Shown piece after piece: positions 24,101 through 35,112 of a DNA stretch of 35,112 nt. A program made the translations under genes and the position numbers. The notes beneath the pieces were generated by a model that saw nothing but the letters and a program-made list of their open reading frames with translations, did no database searches and had not been told where the DNA came from. Where the stretch lies: positions 45,512,092 through 45,547,203 of the forward strand of contig NC_068990.1 in NCBI RefSeq assembly GCF_001194135.2. The letters are read 5' to 3'. The stretch comes from Octopus bimaculoides (Eukaryota). Within the stretch, counting starts at the first letter, position 1. Each line of letters begins with the position of its first letter.

Positions 24101-25390
24101 ATGTCTGATAATTAAAAAGCTATGTCCATTTTTACATCTCTTTTGATATAACATTTATATAAGGATCTTCCTTAAGGAGAAAACTATACCTGTTGTTGAC
24201 ATTTGTTAATAACATAAAATCAACCATCAAGGGAATGTTTGAAGCTGTTTGCATTACCATTCCCTGACGAAAACCTAATATGACAATAGTAGCTAGAAAT
24301 GCACACATATATATATATAAATATATACATAGTAAGCTCAATTGTCTAACAGTTATATCATCTTTTTCTTCCTTCTTTTTCTCCCTCTTTTTCTTCCACC
24401 ATCTTTCTAACTCTTCACCTTATCTTCTTTTTCTCCTTCCTTTTTCTTTCTCCTCTCTTTCCCTTCAGCTAATCACATGAAAGTGTTACAATTACATTCT
24501 CCCTACCTCACATCATGCATGCTTTCCTCTCCCTCTTTTTCTCTCTCCCTCTTTCTTTCTCTCTCTTTTTCTATAATCATGTGAAAGCATTACCAATGAG
24601 CAAAGTAATGCAATGACAAGAAGAATTATTATCAGACATAGATATAGATTACATAATTTCCCCCTGCCATATTTGCTAGAACTATTAAGTATTTATCTTG
24701 CAATGCATTAATATATTCCTTAACTTCTTGCTTACTAAAAACTGATTATTCTCATATCATCCTTGTTTATCCTTTTAATTCACTCCTATGACAAACCAGT
24801 TACAATTTCTCTCTAGTTTTCAAAACCTTCCTTTTAACTTTGTATTAAAGGCTTAACTATAAAATTGTTAATCAATTTCAAGATTACCTCCTCCAATTAA
24901 AACCTACATATCCTACCCAGTTTCCTGTATTTGAGACCCTTCTTCATTGACCTTTTTAAATCATTATGTACAATGATATTTCAGTCACTCACAACCACAT
25001 CCCACCCCAAGATAGCAGAATTCAAACTTAGTGCAATTGCATGTACCAAAGCAAATCCATCTGAAGCTTTCCAAACTAATCTATGATAAACACTTGCTTT
25101 ATTTAAACAACCTATCACCTATAGTGCAACCTAGTTTATAGCTAATGTGTATATTTGTACTATTATTAAGTATTGCACTCAAATATCAATAGAGTTATTA
25201 ACAGAAGGCATTGCCATCATAGAAGCATTGTTATCGGGCATGGGAAATATTATCTTGCTTGGAAATAAATGGATGAGAGTTGGGAACAGGACGGGTGTCT
25301 GGCTGTAGAAATTTTGCCTCAACAAATTTCATCTAACCCATGCAAGCATAGAAAGTGTATGTTAAATGATGATCACACACACTGTATGTG

Positions 25391-25437
<47 letters not shown>

Positions 25438-25491
25438 ATATATATATACATACTGCATGTGTGTGTGTATGTATATATCTATATATATATA
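25391..25491. repeat. (TATC)n/(TA)n compound microsatellite
   Basis: Seen directly. Confidence 0.9.
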
Positions 25492-26744
25492 CATAGGGGT
25501 TGTACAAAATAATGGAAACACCATAGCATCATAATTTTGAAATGTCTATAAAACCATCAAAATCTTGTTTATTTTTGTTTTTCGATCTATTATTAGTGTC
25601 GCTTAATATGTTTTGCTAAAATTGCTGTTTCTTTTCAGATATCATCAGAAAAAGGTAATTAAAATGACAGATCTATGAGACTTTCAAAGAGGTCAAATTG
25701 TTGGTGCTCGTATGGCAGGAGCTAGTGTAACGAAAACATCTGAAATGTTTGGTGTATTAAGAAATACTGTCTCAAAAGTAATGACAGCTTTTGAGAAAGA
25801 GAGAAAAACCTCCTTGTTGAAACAAAACTCCGGAAGAAAACTAAAACTTTCAGATAGGGACTGTCAGATTCTTACATGAATTGTTAGAAAGGATCACAAA
25901 AGTACAGCTCCCAAAATTACTGCAGAGCTTAATGACCACCTCAAGAACCCAGTTTGCACAAAAACTGTTTGCTAGGAGCTGCACAAATCCAGATTTCATG
26001 GGAGGACTGCAATCAGAAAACCACTACTTTCAAAAACAAATGTTGCAAAGCATTTAGAGTGGAGTAAAAACCTACAGAATTGGTCCCTAGAGCAGTGGAA
26101 GAATGTTATTTTCTGGGATGAGTCATCCATTGCCTTATTTCCAACCACCAGCTGAGTATAGGTGTGGAAGCATTTGATCTAGACCGCATTTGATCCAGAC
26201 TGCATTTGATCCAAAAGAAGCATTTGATACAGACTGCCTTCTTCCAACTGTTAAACATGGAGGAGGATCAGTGATGATCGGGGGGTGGGGGTGGGGGTGG
26301 CTATATCTTGGAAATCTGCCACTCAATGGTTTCCCTTCATGGCAGAATTAAAATCAAGACTATTTAAAGCATTTTATCTGATCAGATTCATCCTATGGTT
26401 ACAGAACTGTTTCGAGAGGGAAACGCAATCTTTGAGGATGATAATGCACCAATTCACCCAGCTAAAGTTGTCACTGAATGGAATGAGGAACATTCTGGTG
26501 AAGTTGAGCATCTTATCTGGCCACTGCACTTCCCAGATCTCAATATTATTGAACATTTATAGTGCATTTTAGAAAAACAAGTAAGGAGTCAATATCTGCC
26601 TCCATCATCACTACAAGAACTGGAGACTGTTTTAGCTGAAGAATGGACAAAAATTTCTTTGGAAACAATTCAAACTTTGTACGAGTTCATACTTTGTAGA
26701 ATTCAAGCTGTAATTACTGTCAAAGGTGGTCCTACCCTATATTA
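25492..26744 (+). mobile_element. Tc1-like (DD34E) transposon; transposase pseudogene 25664-26744
   Basis: Left end ggggttgtacaaaataatggaaacacc. Reads MTDL*DFQRGQIVGARMAGASVTKTSEMFGV..., WKNVIFWDES, EDDNAPIH, PDLNIIEH and C-terminal KGGPTLY. The right TIR is not seen. Confidence 0.92.
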
Positions 26745-27610
26745 TTAGGTTGGCAACTAAGTTCCCACGGTTTTTTAAAAATTTGAATTTTTTAAAAGGT
26801 TTAATAAAAAATAACAACTAATTAATCAATAATGTATTCACCCTTGTTGTTTACAACTTCTTCCGAATGTTCAACAAGATTTTCAATACCTCCTTGGTAG
26901 AAATCATCTGATTTCGACTCAAAAATTTGATCCAACCAAGCTCTCAATTCTGCATCAGTATTGAATGAAACTCTACGCATAGCATTTGAAAGAAACCGAA
27001 AGAGGTGGAAATCTGTTGGTGCCAAATCAGGAGAGTACGGCAGGTATGTCAGCACTTCCCAGCCATGCGTTTGAATGGCTTGCTCGGTCATATTGGCGAT
27101 ATGAGGGCGGGCGTTGTCGTGCAACAGAAGAACTCCATGCTGCTGATTTGGTCTTTTCTCTTGAATAGTCGTGTTGAGTCTTCCACCTGTTGAACCTTGA
27201 GTTCCGCGTTGACCATTTGGTTCCGTTCAAGCAATTCGTAATGGATAATCCCTTCCCAGTTCCACCAAACGCACATCATTGTTTTACGTGGATGATCTTG
27301 TTTCATGCACGGTGTCGCTTGTTTACCGAGGCTAAGCCATTCCCTACACTGCTTCATATTGATGTACAGGCACCATTTTTTGTCGCCAGTAACGATTCGG
27401 TAAAGAAATCGTTGCTTGTGTCCATGAGTCGAGTGTTAACGAGCAAGCAAACCAGCGGAGATTGTGGCTTGTTGATTTTTGTTGTTGTCACTTAAAGCAT
27501 GTGGAACCCATGCACCATACTTCTGAACCTTTCCCATTGAGTGAAGATGCTTCTCTATAGCAGTGTGGGAGCCTTCTATTTTCTCTGTCAGTTCTCTTGT
27601 TGTTTAATGA
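26745..27610 (-). mobile_element. 5'-truncated mariner (Hsmar1/cecropia-like TIR) inserted into the Tc1
   Basis: TIR TTAGGTTGGCAACTAAG after TA (26743-26744). ORF 26822-27124 reads HDNARPH..YSPDLAPTDFHLF..YQGGIENLV..KGEYIID*; upstream KTMMCVWWNWEGIIHYELL. Confidence 0.92.
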
Positions 27611-27915
27611 GAATTTTTGCACAAAAGTTAGTTTAATTGCTCTTGCCCTCACTACCCTGCACACTGTATCGCTGCTGCCCCCACCCCAACACCCACACCC
27701 TATTTTTCTACCAAGGTTCTATGCTGAGATCCTTGTTACTTGTGAGTATACTCTACCACTACACCATCTCTCTTCTGCTCTCTCTTACACTTTTTACTGC
27801 TTCCTACTCTCGCTCCCTTGGTCACTCTTTCTCTCCTTCTCTTGTTTTTCTTCTAACTAGGTAACCAAGTATCTCTTTTACATCAACACACTTGTTTCTG
27901 GCCTCTTTCTTGTAC

Positions 27916-27917
<2 letters not shown>

Positions 27918-27978
<61 letters not shown>

Positions 27979-28000
27979 TGTCTCTCTCTCTCTCTCTCTC
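27918..28000. repeat. (CTTT)n/(CT)n microsatellite
   Basis: Seen directly. Confidence 0.9.
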
Positions 28001-28359
28001 TGTAACTATGTACCTCCATAGTAAGACACCTATTTCTGCCTCTCTATTTCTCTGTTACATTCTAACCTTTCATCATCTGATACTGGATTACATCCTCTAA
28101 AACTCTCTCTGTTGTAGTGAGACACCTGCTTCTGTCTCTTTGTCACACTCTAACCTTTCAAGCCTCTGACACAAATTCCTCTCCTCAAATGCCCCTGCCC
28201 CTCTCATAATTTCTTGTCTTGCGAGTTATTTGGTTACCTTGGCAGTGCTGGTGCCATGTTAAAAGCATCCATTTCAAACTGTGATGTGGTTGGTGTTTGA
28301 AAGGACATCTAGCAGTAAAAATCATGCCAAAACTAACCTAGAACTCTTTCATCTATTTA

Positions 28360-28761
28360 GGCAAGTACCTTTTGTGCGGTTTTCATTCTCTTCTGAAGTA
28401 CTAAATCATACTTTTCTCATGAAGTTGGTGTAACATTCAGTACTTGCCTTAGTAATTCAAAACTCTGTCCTCCTTTGATACTTTTTGTGAGTAGGTGACA
28501 CACTTTCTATCCTCACAGTTTCCAAGCACACACTCAACATCTATCTTTTCCTCTTGTAGCCACATTGCAAAGTTGACCTTTTGTCAATACATTTTATTTA
28601 TCACATTATCTGAAGTTTGTTTGATATCTTACCCCAGTCTGTTGCAAGATTCTCTGAAAAACCAAATTCTCTTAGTGCTACACAGTTATTTGTATTTTTA
28701 GAAATTTCAATAACTTTTACTTCAAAAACTGCTCTACATTTGTGTTTGTATTTTCTTCCAT
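28360..28761 (-). mobile_element. Pogo/Tigger-like transposase N-terminal (Brinker-type HTH plus CENP-B-like HTH) remnant
   Basis: AVFEVKVIEISKNTNNCVALREFGFSENLATDWGK (cf. FKLKV..A....N.AA.R.FGV.E..VR.W.K), KASTECYTNFMRK and YDLVLQKRMKTAQK. Confidence 0.75.
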
Positions 28762-29484
28762 TTTTCTGAGAGGCATTTTCTCACAAAATGAAGAATTTTA
28801 ACATATTGGTTCCTCCATGAGCCATCAGAGGGTCGGGGTGGTTATGTTTGTAAGACCTACACAATCATCCAGTAGGTTGTCTCATTATATCTTTTGAGAG
28901 CTGGCATGCTACAGTTTCTTAAGTATATGATTATGGTGCACTAGAGCAGCATTTTTTTAGTCTACATACTATAATTTTTTTGTTTTTCTTTTGATTTTCA
29001 CATTTATATCATACTGAGTTTTACCATATAATGAGGTAAAATACGAGACTGAGTAAACAGAAAAATATAATTAGCAAAACGGAAGGTACCAAATGACCCA
29101 CCGGTGGGTTGTGGGTAAAGCACTTTCTATCTGGTCCTTATGTCACATATGATATAGTGAAAAAATATTATGGTGCTCATATTATCAAAATTAAGATATC
29201 ATATTAGGACCCTGGAACAGAACAAGAAATGAGACAAGGTGGCCAACATATTAAAACTAAAAGTACTCAACTATCTTTGTTTGCTACATGTGCCAGTTTA
29301 ATACAAAACAATTTTTCCAGAGACCAGGGTATCACACACATAGCAAAACACAATCAAGTGTATAGTCATCATCATCATCATCGTCATTGTTTAAAGTCCG
29401 CCCTCCATAATGCAAATGTAATGTGTACATTGTATATTATGTACTTTATTTCTATTATTACATTGTAATATATATAATACAACT

Positions 29485-29699
29485 AAGGCAGCAAGATGGA
29501 AAAATTGTTAGCACACCAGGCAAACATCTTAGTGGCATTTTGCCTGTCTTTATGTTCTGAGTTTAAATTCTTCCTAGGTTGACTTTGCATTTCATACTTT
29601 CAGGGTTGATAAAATAAGTGGCAGTTGAGCACTGCGGTTGCTGTATTTGACTTACCCCTCCCTCTGAAATTGCTGGTTTTGTGCCAACATTTGAAGCTA
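29485..29699 (+). mobile_element. tRNA-derived SINE with a 13-bp target-site duplication
   Basis: Head aaggcagcaagatggaaaaattgttagcac and B-box-like gttctgagtttaaattc. Identical atataatacaact at 29472-29484 and 29700-29712. Confidence 0.85.
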
Positions 29700-30029
29700 A
29701 TATAATACAACTTAAAATTCAAAATTTATTCTCACTGTGCAGCCTGCTACCAGATGATCCACAAACTGGTACTAGTCCATGACCTAGTGGTTGGGGACCC
29801 CTCTTCTACAGAAACTAACATCAGATATCCTACCAAGTGAGATTGTGCCCTACCTTTGACCTAACTTTTATACAGTTTCTCTGATAGCTATAGCTCATAG
29901 CAATAGTAAACAGTAATCAATTCTAGTAATTATCGAGTCTTTACATTAAATGGTATTGCTTTACATTAAATGGTATTGCTTTTGGTCTTTCCTTATCTGA
30001 TAACACTGGTTACACTACTTCATAAATAA

Positions 30030-30060
30030 TAACCCTAACCCTAGCCCCAACCCTAACCCT
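30030..30060 (+). repeat. Interstitial telomere-like repeat, about 5 x TAACCC
   Basis: taaccc taaccc tagccc caaccc taaccc t. Confidence 0.75.
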
Positions 30061-30438
30061 ATACACTACAGAATGATGAAACTTTGTATACTGGGAAATA
30101 TGACCTATTCAGAGATATTATATTTATAATGATTTATAGTTCAAATGTATATGGGCCTACATTGTAGAAGAAAAGATGGAGTGATGACTTTTGTAATGTG
30201 CTGATTATACTGCAATAATTGTGGTGCTAGTTTGATAATGAATTAGAAAATCTTTAACCTAATGCTTGTGTGAATTGTACATCAAAATTTATAATAATGG
30301 GGAAAATGTATTTCTTTAATCATGGAATTTAAACACAAGATAACATTTTGACCAGCAAATGTTGATCTGTTAACTGAGAAAAACTAGAGCTGACTTTTAC
30401 ATGTGATAGATTTTTATTAGAGTGTATATGATGTGTAT

Positions 30439-30470
<32 letters not shown>

Positions 30471-30479
30471 ATTTGTGTG

Positions 30480-31120
30480 TGTGAGTCATGTAAATATCAA
30501 ACATAATGATTCGGAGACTTACTTGAGATCGCCGTTGTCACATTAGAGCAGCTTGTGAAGTCGTGGCATTTTAAAGGTTAACATTATCAAGGCTAATTTA
30601 TTAAAGCTAATATATAAATGTAGTATATATAAGCGCAAAAAAGTATGTATGTATATAAATGTATGAATGAAGTCTTTAAGGTTTAATATTCAAATCAAGA
30701 AAGTGCAATAATAAGGTTTAGCAGTTCAAAACTGTGAGTAGTGAAATGCAGAATTAGGTCCGCTGATTGTGAGAATCAAATATTCATCACTTTGCTAAGA
30801 ACTGACAATTGTAAGTGCAGATGCTATGGGTTATTTCCCTTGGGTGTTTAAATAAAATATATTAGTTATATGTAGTAGATATAAGGATCCCTTCCAGGGG
30901 CCTTATCGATTTTTTTCAACNNNNNNNNNNATATAAGGATCCCTTCCAGGGGCCTTATCGATTTTTTTCAACAATCTATGTAGGTCACGAGGTTTCCAGA
31001 CATGAGTTCTACTTACATGTCAAGTTTCATCAAAATCGATAAAACGATGTAGAAGTTAGCTAACAACACCACAAACAAACACACTCACAGACAGAATTTC
31101 CCACATATGTAGTATATATA
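30480..31120 (-). mobile_element. Non-autonomous Helitron-type (Lep1/DINE-like) element
   Basis: Contains caagtttcatcaaaatcg, a stem-loop ataaggatcccttccaggggccttat, acaaacaaacac...acagacag, and a tagtatata end typical of such elements as I recall them. The left boundary is uncertain. Confidence 0.5.
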
Positions 31121-31355
31121 TATATATATATATATATGTCTGTGTGGAAAGAAGTTGTTTTTTTCCTAGGGATATTTATCCAAGCATACACTGGTTTGAT
31201 TTTATATCAATTAACGATACTGGAAATTCCATATGTGCATATGTACTAGTGCTTATCAGTTGGTTCTTCTTCGATATTAGTACCTTACACTCTTGAAATT
31301 CCAGTTGTCACTATAGACGTTCCCATTCTTTCAATATAGGAGAAAAAATTTTAAC

Positions 31356-31828
31356 AATGCAAAGAAAATGGAGAATGTATACACAGAGTAATCAATATAT
31401 TTATTATAATAGTCAATTCATGTTGCCTCTGTGCATTTCAGTTTAATTACTTAAAATCCATACTTATGCTGTTAAATTGCATTATGAATTTGAAAAAGCA
31501 AAAACCTTCATCAGGGCTAAGAATAGAAATTGACTGTTATTTTTTCATACATCCTAACAGATGGAGTATTCATTCTGATTGAATTGTAGTCTGTGCGTCT
31601 TGAATTCTAAGATGCACAGACTACAATTCAATTAGAATGAACTCTCCATCTGTTAAGTGTATGAAAAAATAACAGTCGACTTCTACTCTTTGCCCTGATG
31701 AAGGTTTTTGCTTTTTCAAATTCATAATGAGATTCAATTAAACCAAAATGCATACAGGCAACATGAATTGATTATTATAATAAATATATTGATTATTCTA
31801 TGCATACATTCTCCATTTTCTTTGCATT
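31356..31828. repeat. About 470-bp foldback palindrome (MITE-like)
   Basis: Arms 31356-31601 and 31609-31828 are reverse complements over nearly their whole length, with a 7-nt loop gaattct. The left arm has about 26 extra nt. Confidence 0.92.
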
Positions 31829-32084
31829 AATATATATATGTGTATATATATTTTGTTGTGTCTGAGGAGAGTCATTCTGTTTTAATGCCTCATTAATTAA
31901 CGCACTCACTGGTTCGATTTCCACTCATTTACTTATTTATTTTCCTAAAATTTTTGTTGCTTCTTGCAACCTCTTCAATAGACGTTGACTCTGTCCGTTA
32001 TTGGACATATATATATATATTGCCATATATATATATATTGTCATATATATATATTGACATATATATAGTCATATATACACATCA

Positions 32085-32530
32085 ATCATCACCATCTTCA
32101 TCGTTTAATGTCTGTTTTCCATGCTGGCATGGGTTGGATTGTTTGATTGAGGTCTGAAAAGCCAGCAGCTGCACCAAGTTCCAATCTGATCTGGCAATAT
32201 ATCTACAGCTGGATGCCCTTCCTAATGCCAACCACTCCGAGAGTGTAGTGGGTGTTTTTTACGTGCCACTGGTACAGGAGCCAGTTAGGTAGCCCTGGCA
32301 TCGATCACGTTTGGATAGTGCTTTTTGCATGCCACCGGCACAGGAGCCAGTCTGGCAGATCTGGCATTGACTACATTCAGATGGTGCTTTTTATGTGTCA
32401 TGGACACGGGAGCCAGTCAGGGGGCACTGGCAACTACCACGTTCTGGTGATGCATTTTACGAGCCACTGGAACAGGAGCCAGTCAGGGGGCACAGGCCAC
32501 AACTACGATTTTGGTTTTACTTGACTCAAC
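32085..32530. mobile_element. RTE-type SINE-like repeat with an internal 4 x 66-bp minisatellite
   Basis: catc-repeat end tttaatgtctgttttccatgctggcatggg, shared with 1295, 1857, 10776 and 12924. Units gtgcttttt..tgccac.gg.acaggagccagt repeat at a 66-bp period, 32251-32510. Confidence 0.75.
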
Positions 32531-32709
32531 AGGTCTTGTATACAACAATATTTGTTGGTTGTGAAACTTGATTAAGAACATTTTAAGCTCCTAATAAATT
32601 GTATAAAACTCAATGTGTATACACAATGTGTATTAAATAACCCCTTTTTTTTCTCCTTGTTTGCACAATTCTGTGACATAAAATATGCTCAAACAACAAC
32701 TAGCACATA

Positions 32710-32990
32710 TTTATATATCTTTTACTTGTTTCAATCATTAGAATGAATCAACCCTAGTGTTTTTTTTTTCTAAAGCCTGGTACTTATTCTATTGATTGGT
32801 TCTGCTGAACTGCTAAGTTATGGGGATGTAAACACACCAACACCGGTTGTCAAGTGATAGTGGTGGACACAAACAGAAAGACACACACACATATACAACA
32901 AGCTTCTTTCAGTTTCCATCTGCCAAATCCACTCAATAGGTTTTAGTCAGGTGGCCAAGGTGCCATGCAGTGGGACTGAACCCAGAATCT
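32710..32990. mobile_element. SINE-like repeat
   Basis: Same architecture as 369-760 (gcctggtacttattcta...ttctttcagtttccatctgccaaatccactc). Confidence 0.7.
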
Positions 32991-33124
32991 GCGCCTGTAT
33001 TCATAAAATCTAATTCTTTACATTATTCTTCTTAATCTTAGATAAAGCCCAACAAACAATTATTTTTCTGCATACTGATAACTTAAACTTAATTAGGGTT
33101 AAATTAACAGAAGAATGAACTTAC

Positions 33125-33224
33125 CCAAATATTGGTAAAACAGAGAGAGTAGTAAAAGAAATGGTCATTATACGAGTAAACCACAGACTGGCAGCTACCT
33201 TGTTTCCCATCGTATAATTCCATA
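33125..33224 (-). CDS. TMEM33: Coding exon of a transmembrane protein 33 (TMEM33/Kr-h2/Pom33 family) homolog
   Basis: Minus-strand translation (V)WNYTMGNKVAASLWFTRIMTISFTTLSVLPIF-G resembles human TMEM33 as I recall it (VQFMMTNKLDTAMWLSRLFTVYCSALFVLPLLG). It ends at a strong phase-2 donor GG|gtaagt (33125/33124), within the same Gly codon where I recall the human intron. The acceptor is uncertain (cag at 33225-33227 or 33233-33235). An in-frame ATG lies at 33208-33210. Confidence 0.7.
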
Positions 33225-33235
33225 CTGTGGTTCTG

Positions 33236-33237
33236 TA

Positions 33238-33332
<95 letters not shown>
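33236..33332. repeat. (TG)n(TA)n microsatellite abutting the TMEM33-like exon acceptor
   Basis: Seen directly. Confidence 0.95.
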
Positions 33333-33536
33333 TATCATTATCTAATGCCTACATTTCCATGCATGCATCAGATGGAATTTGTTGATGGCTGGATGCCCTT
33401 CCTACCACCAACCCTCATCAGTTTTTAAGCAAGATAATATTTCCAATGGCCAGATATGTTTTCCATGGAAGACTGAAAACAAAAGCATTGCTTGTATGAT
33501 GATGATATTTGTTTACAATCATTAAATGATAGACAG

Positions 33537-33573
<37 letters not shown>

Positions 33574-33890
33574 GACTTCTTTCAGTTTCTGCCTACTGAA
33601 CCTACTCATAGGGCTTTGGTTGACTCAAGGCTATCACAAAAGACACTTGCCCAAGGTGCTGTGTAGTGGGACTGAACTCAAGACCACTTGGTTCGGAAGC
33701 AAGCTTCTCAACTACACACCCACAAAAGTAGGTTCAGCTAAGTGGGTTGTGACTTTCAATCTCACGTATCGGGTTCACTCCTGGTGTGTGAGAACCTGGG
33801 GAAAATGCCTTCTAGCATAGCCTCATGTCAACTCAAGCCTTGTGAGTGAAAATAGGTAGATGGAAACTATGTTGAAGCTTGTCAGACAAA
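33330..33890. mobile_element. SINE cluster with (GA)n
   Basis: ggatgcccttcc...aagataatatttcc, tttcagtttctgcctact...cacttgcccaagg, ttgtgagtgaaaatagg. Confidence 0.7.
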
Positions 33891-34241
33891 GTGTACTTTC
33901 AATTTAAAGGCTTAGCCTTGTCATACTCTGTGTTGAATTGATTCTGTCTGAATATTTATGTTTGTGAAATACTCAGCCACTTACATCCTAATTCAGTGTG
34001 TAAATAGTTTAATTGATAGAACAACTGGGATACTCAAAAGTGTTACACAATGTATTTTCTCTCTCACTCTGTCTATATGTGTGTGTGTGTGTGTATTTAT
34101 AATGCAGTACAGTGTACACAATTTAAGTATCAAATTAAAATAGCTATCTATGAATCATACTTAATGTAAACACTCAGGCAAGTTACTGGCAGTTTTTGTT
34201 TGAGATGAAATCTCTTATGGATGCTGTGTTTTAAAATATGA

Positions 34242-34685
34242 CTAGCAGTATAGCCCGGCTTTGCCCGGGATTAAGCTAATCAAGTTCTTTATTTCAAACC
34301 AAACTAAGTAACATGACGTCAAATTTGGGCAGAATCCGTGTTGCAACTGGAGTNNNNNNNNNNTGAGCAACACACACATACACACACGCACGTATGTACA
34401 CCAATTGCATACATATTTTTTGTACGCATACATGTTCGTATGTGTGTGCGTGTGTTGTCCGTATATCAACAAAACACACACACCTTGCCTTACATATATA
34501 TACGGATAAATGATTTGAAATAAATATATTTTGGAAATGGCGATTTACGGTACAATACCTAGAAACGTGAAAATCAGACCACATGGGTTTGTTTACATCA
34601 ATTCGGCAGAGATAGAGAGAGCGCGTTCTCCCTCTCTATCTCTCTCCCTCCCTTACTCACATTTATCTCTCTCTTTTTCTTTCTT

Positions 34686-34720
<35 letters not shown>

Positions 34721-35112
34721 GTCTCACACACACAGCAACATTACACACACACAACAACATTACACACACACACATGCTACTCTCTCACACTAACAAAACA
34801 ACTTCACATATACACCACACTTTCTGTCTGGCATACTCACTATAAAAAGATAGCGTCTATTTCTTTTTGGCAACATCTGTTTTGTGTGTAATGTTGCTGT
34901 GTGTGTGTGTGAGAAAGAAAGAAAGAAAGAGAGATAACTGGCATGTGTATGTAAGGGAGGGAGAGATAGAGAGAGGGAGAGAGAAAGAGAGAGAGAGAGA
35001 GAGGGTATCTTTTTCTGTTTGATTGCTGCTTACCACACAGACGCTGGCAAAGAAATGTATCTCTCCTTCACCCTCCCTCTCACAAACATACAATCTCTCT
35101 CTCTCTCTCTCT
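34242..35112 (-). mobile_element. Non-autonomous Helitron; 3' terminus at 34242, microsatellite-rich body running off the window
   Basis: Minus-strand end cccgggcaaagccgggctatactgCTAG|t, i.e. a hairpin (34254-34269) about 10 nt from the terminal CTAG. It resembles the terminus at 7351-7373. Confidence 0.7.

Noticed and set aside
1975-27610. All four mariners lie on the minus strand
   Set aside because: The chance of four sharing a strand is 1 in 8, and other TE classes lie on the plus strand.
29096-29109. Perfect 14-bp palindrome acccaccggtgggt
   Set aside because: Short and probably within uncharacterised TE sequence; no function can be supported.
30879-30972. Identical 42-bp sequence on both sides of a 10-N gap
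   Set aside because: Typical unmerged contig overlap, not a biological duplication.
32251-32510. Regularly spaced repeats considered as a CRISPR-like array
   Set aside because: Eukaryotic context, contiguous degenerate units without unique spacers, and no cas genes.

Overview
AT-rich (visually about 30-35% GC) animal genomic DNA from a gapped draft assembly, with N runs at 7506-8256, 9151-9612 and three 10-N spacers. The tRNA-headed and RTE-type SINEs, microsatellites and MITEs resemble repeats I recall from octopus genomes; that assignment is inference, not a search result. Most of the window is a graveyard of decayed transposons: four mariners, Tc1, pogo, piggyBac, hAT, Helitron, Gypsy and R4/Dong-type LINEs. 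The one host-gene segment I recognise is a minus-strand exon at about 33125-33224 encoding a TMEM33-like N-terminus, so much of the window is probably TMEM33 intron, and the next exon may be hidden in the 9151-9612 gap. I found no convincing new biological system. The best leads are the split and gap-hidden gene structure, a 470-bp foldback, TAA-targeted LINE/SINE stacking, and nested or rearranged transposons. All protein-family calls are by-eye motif recognition of my own translations.
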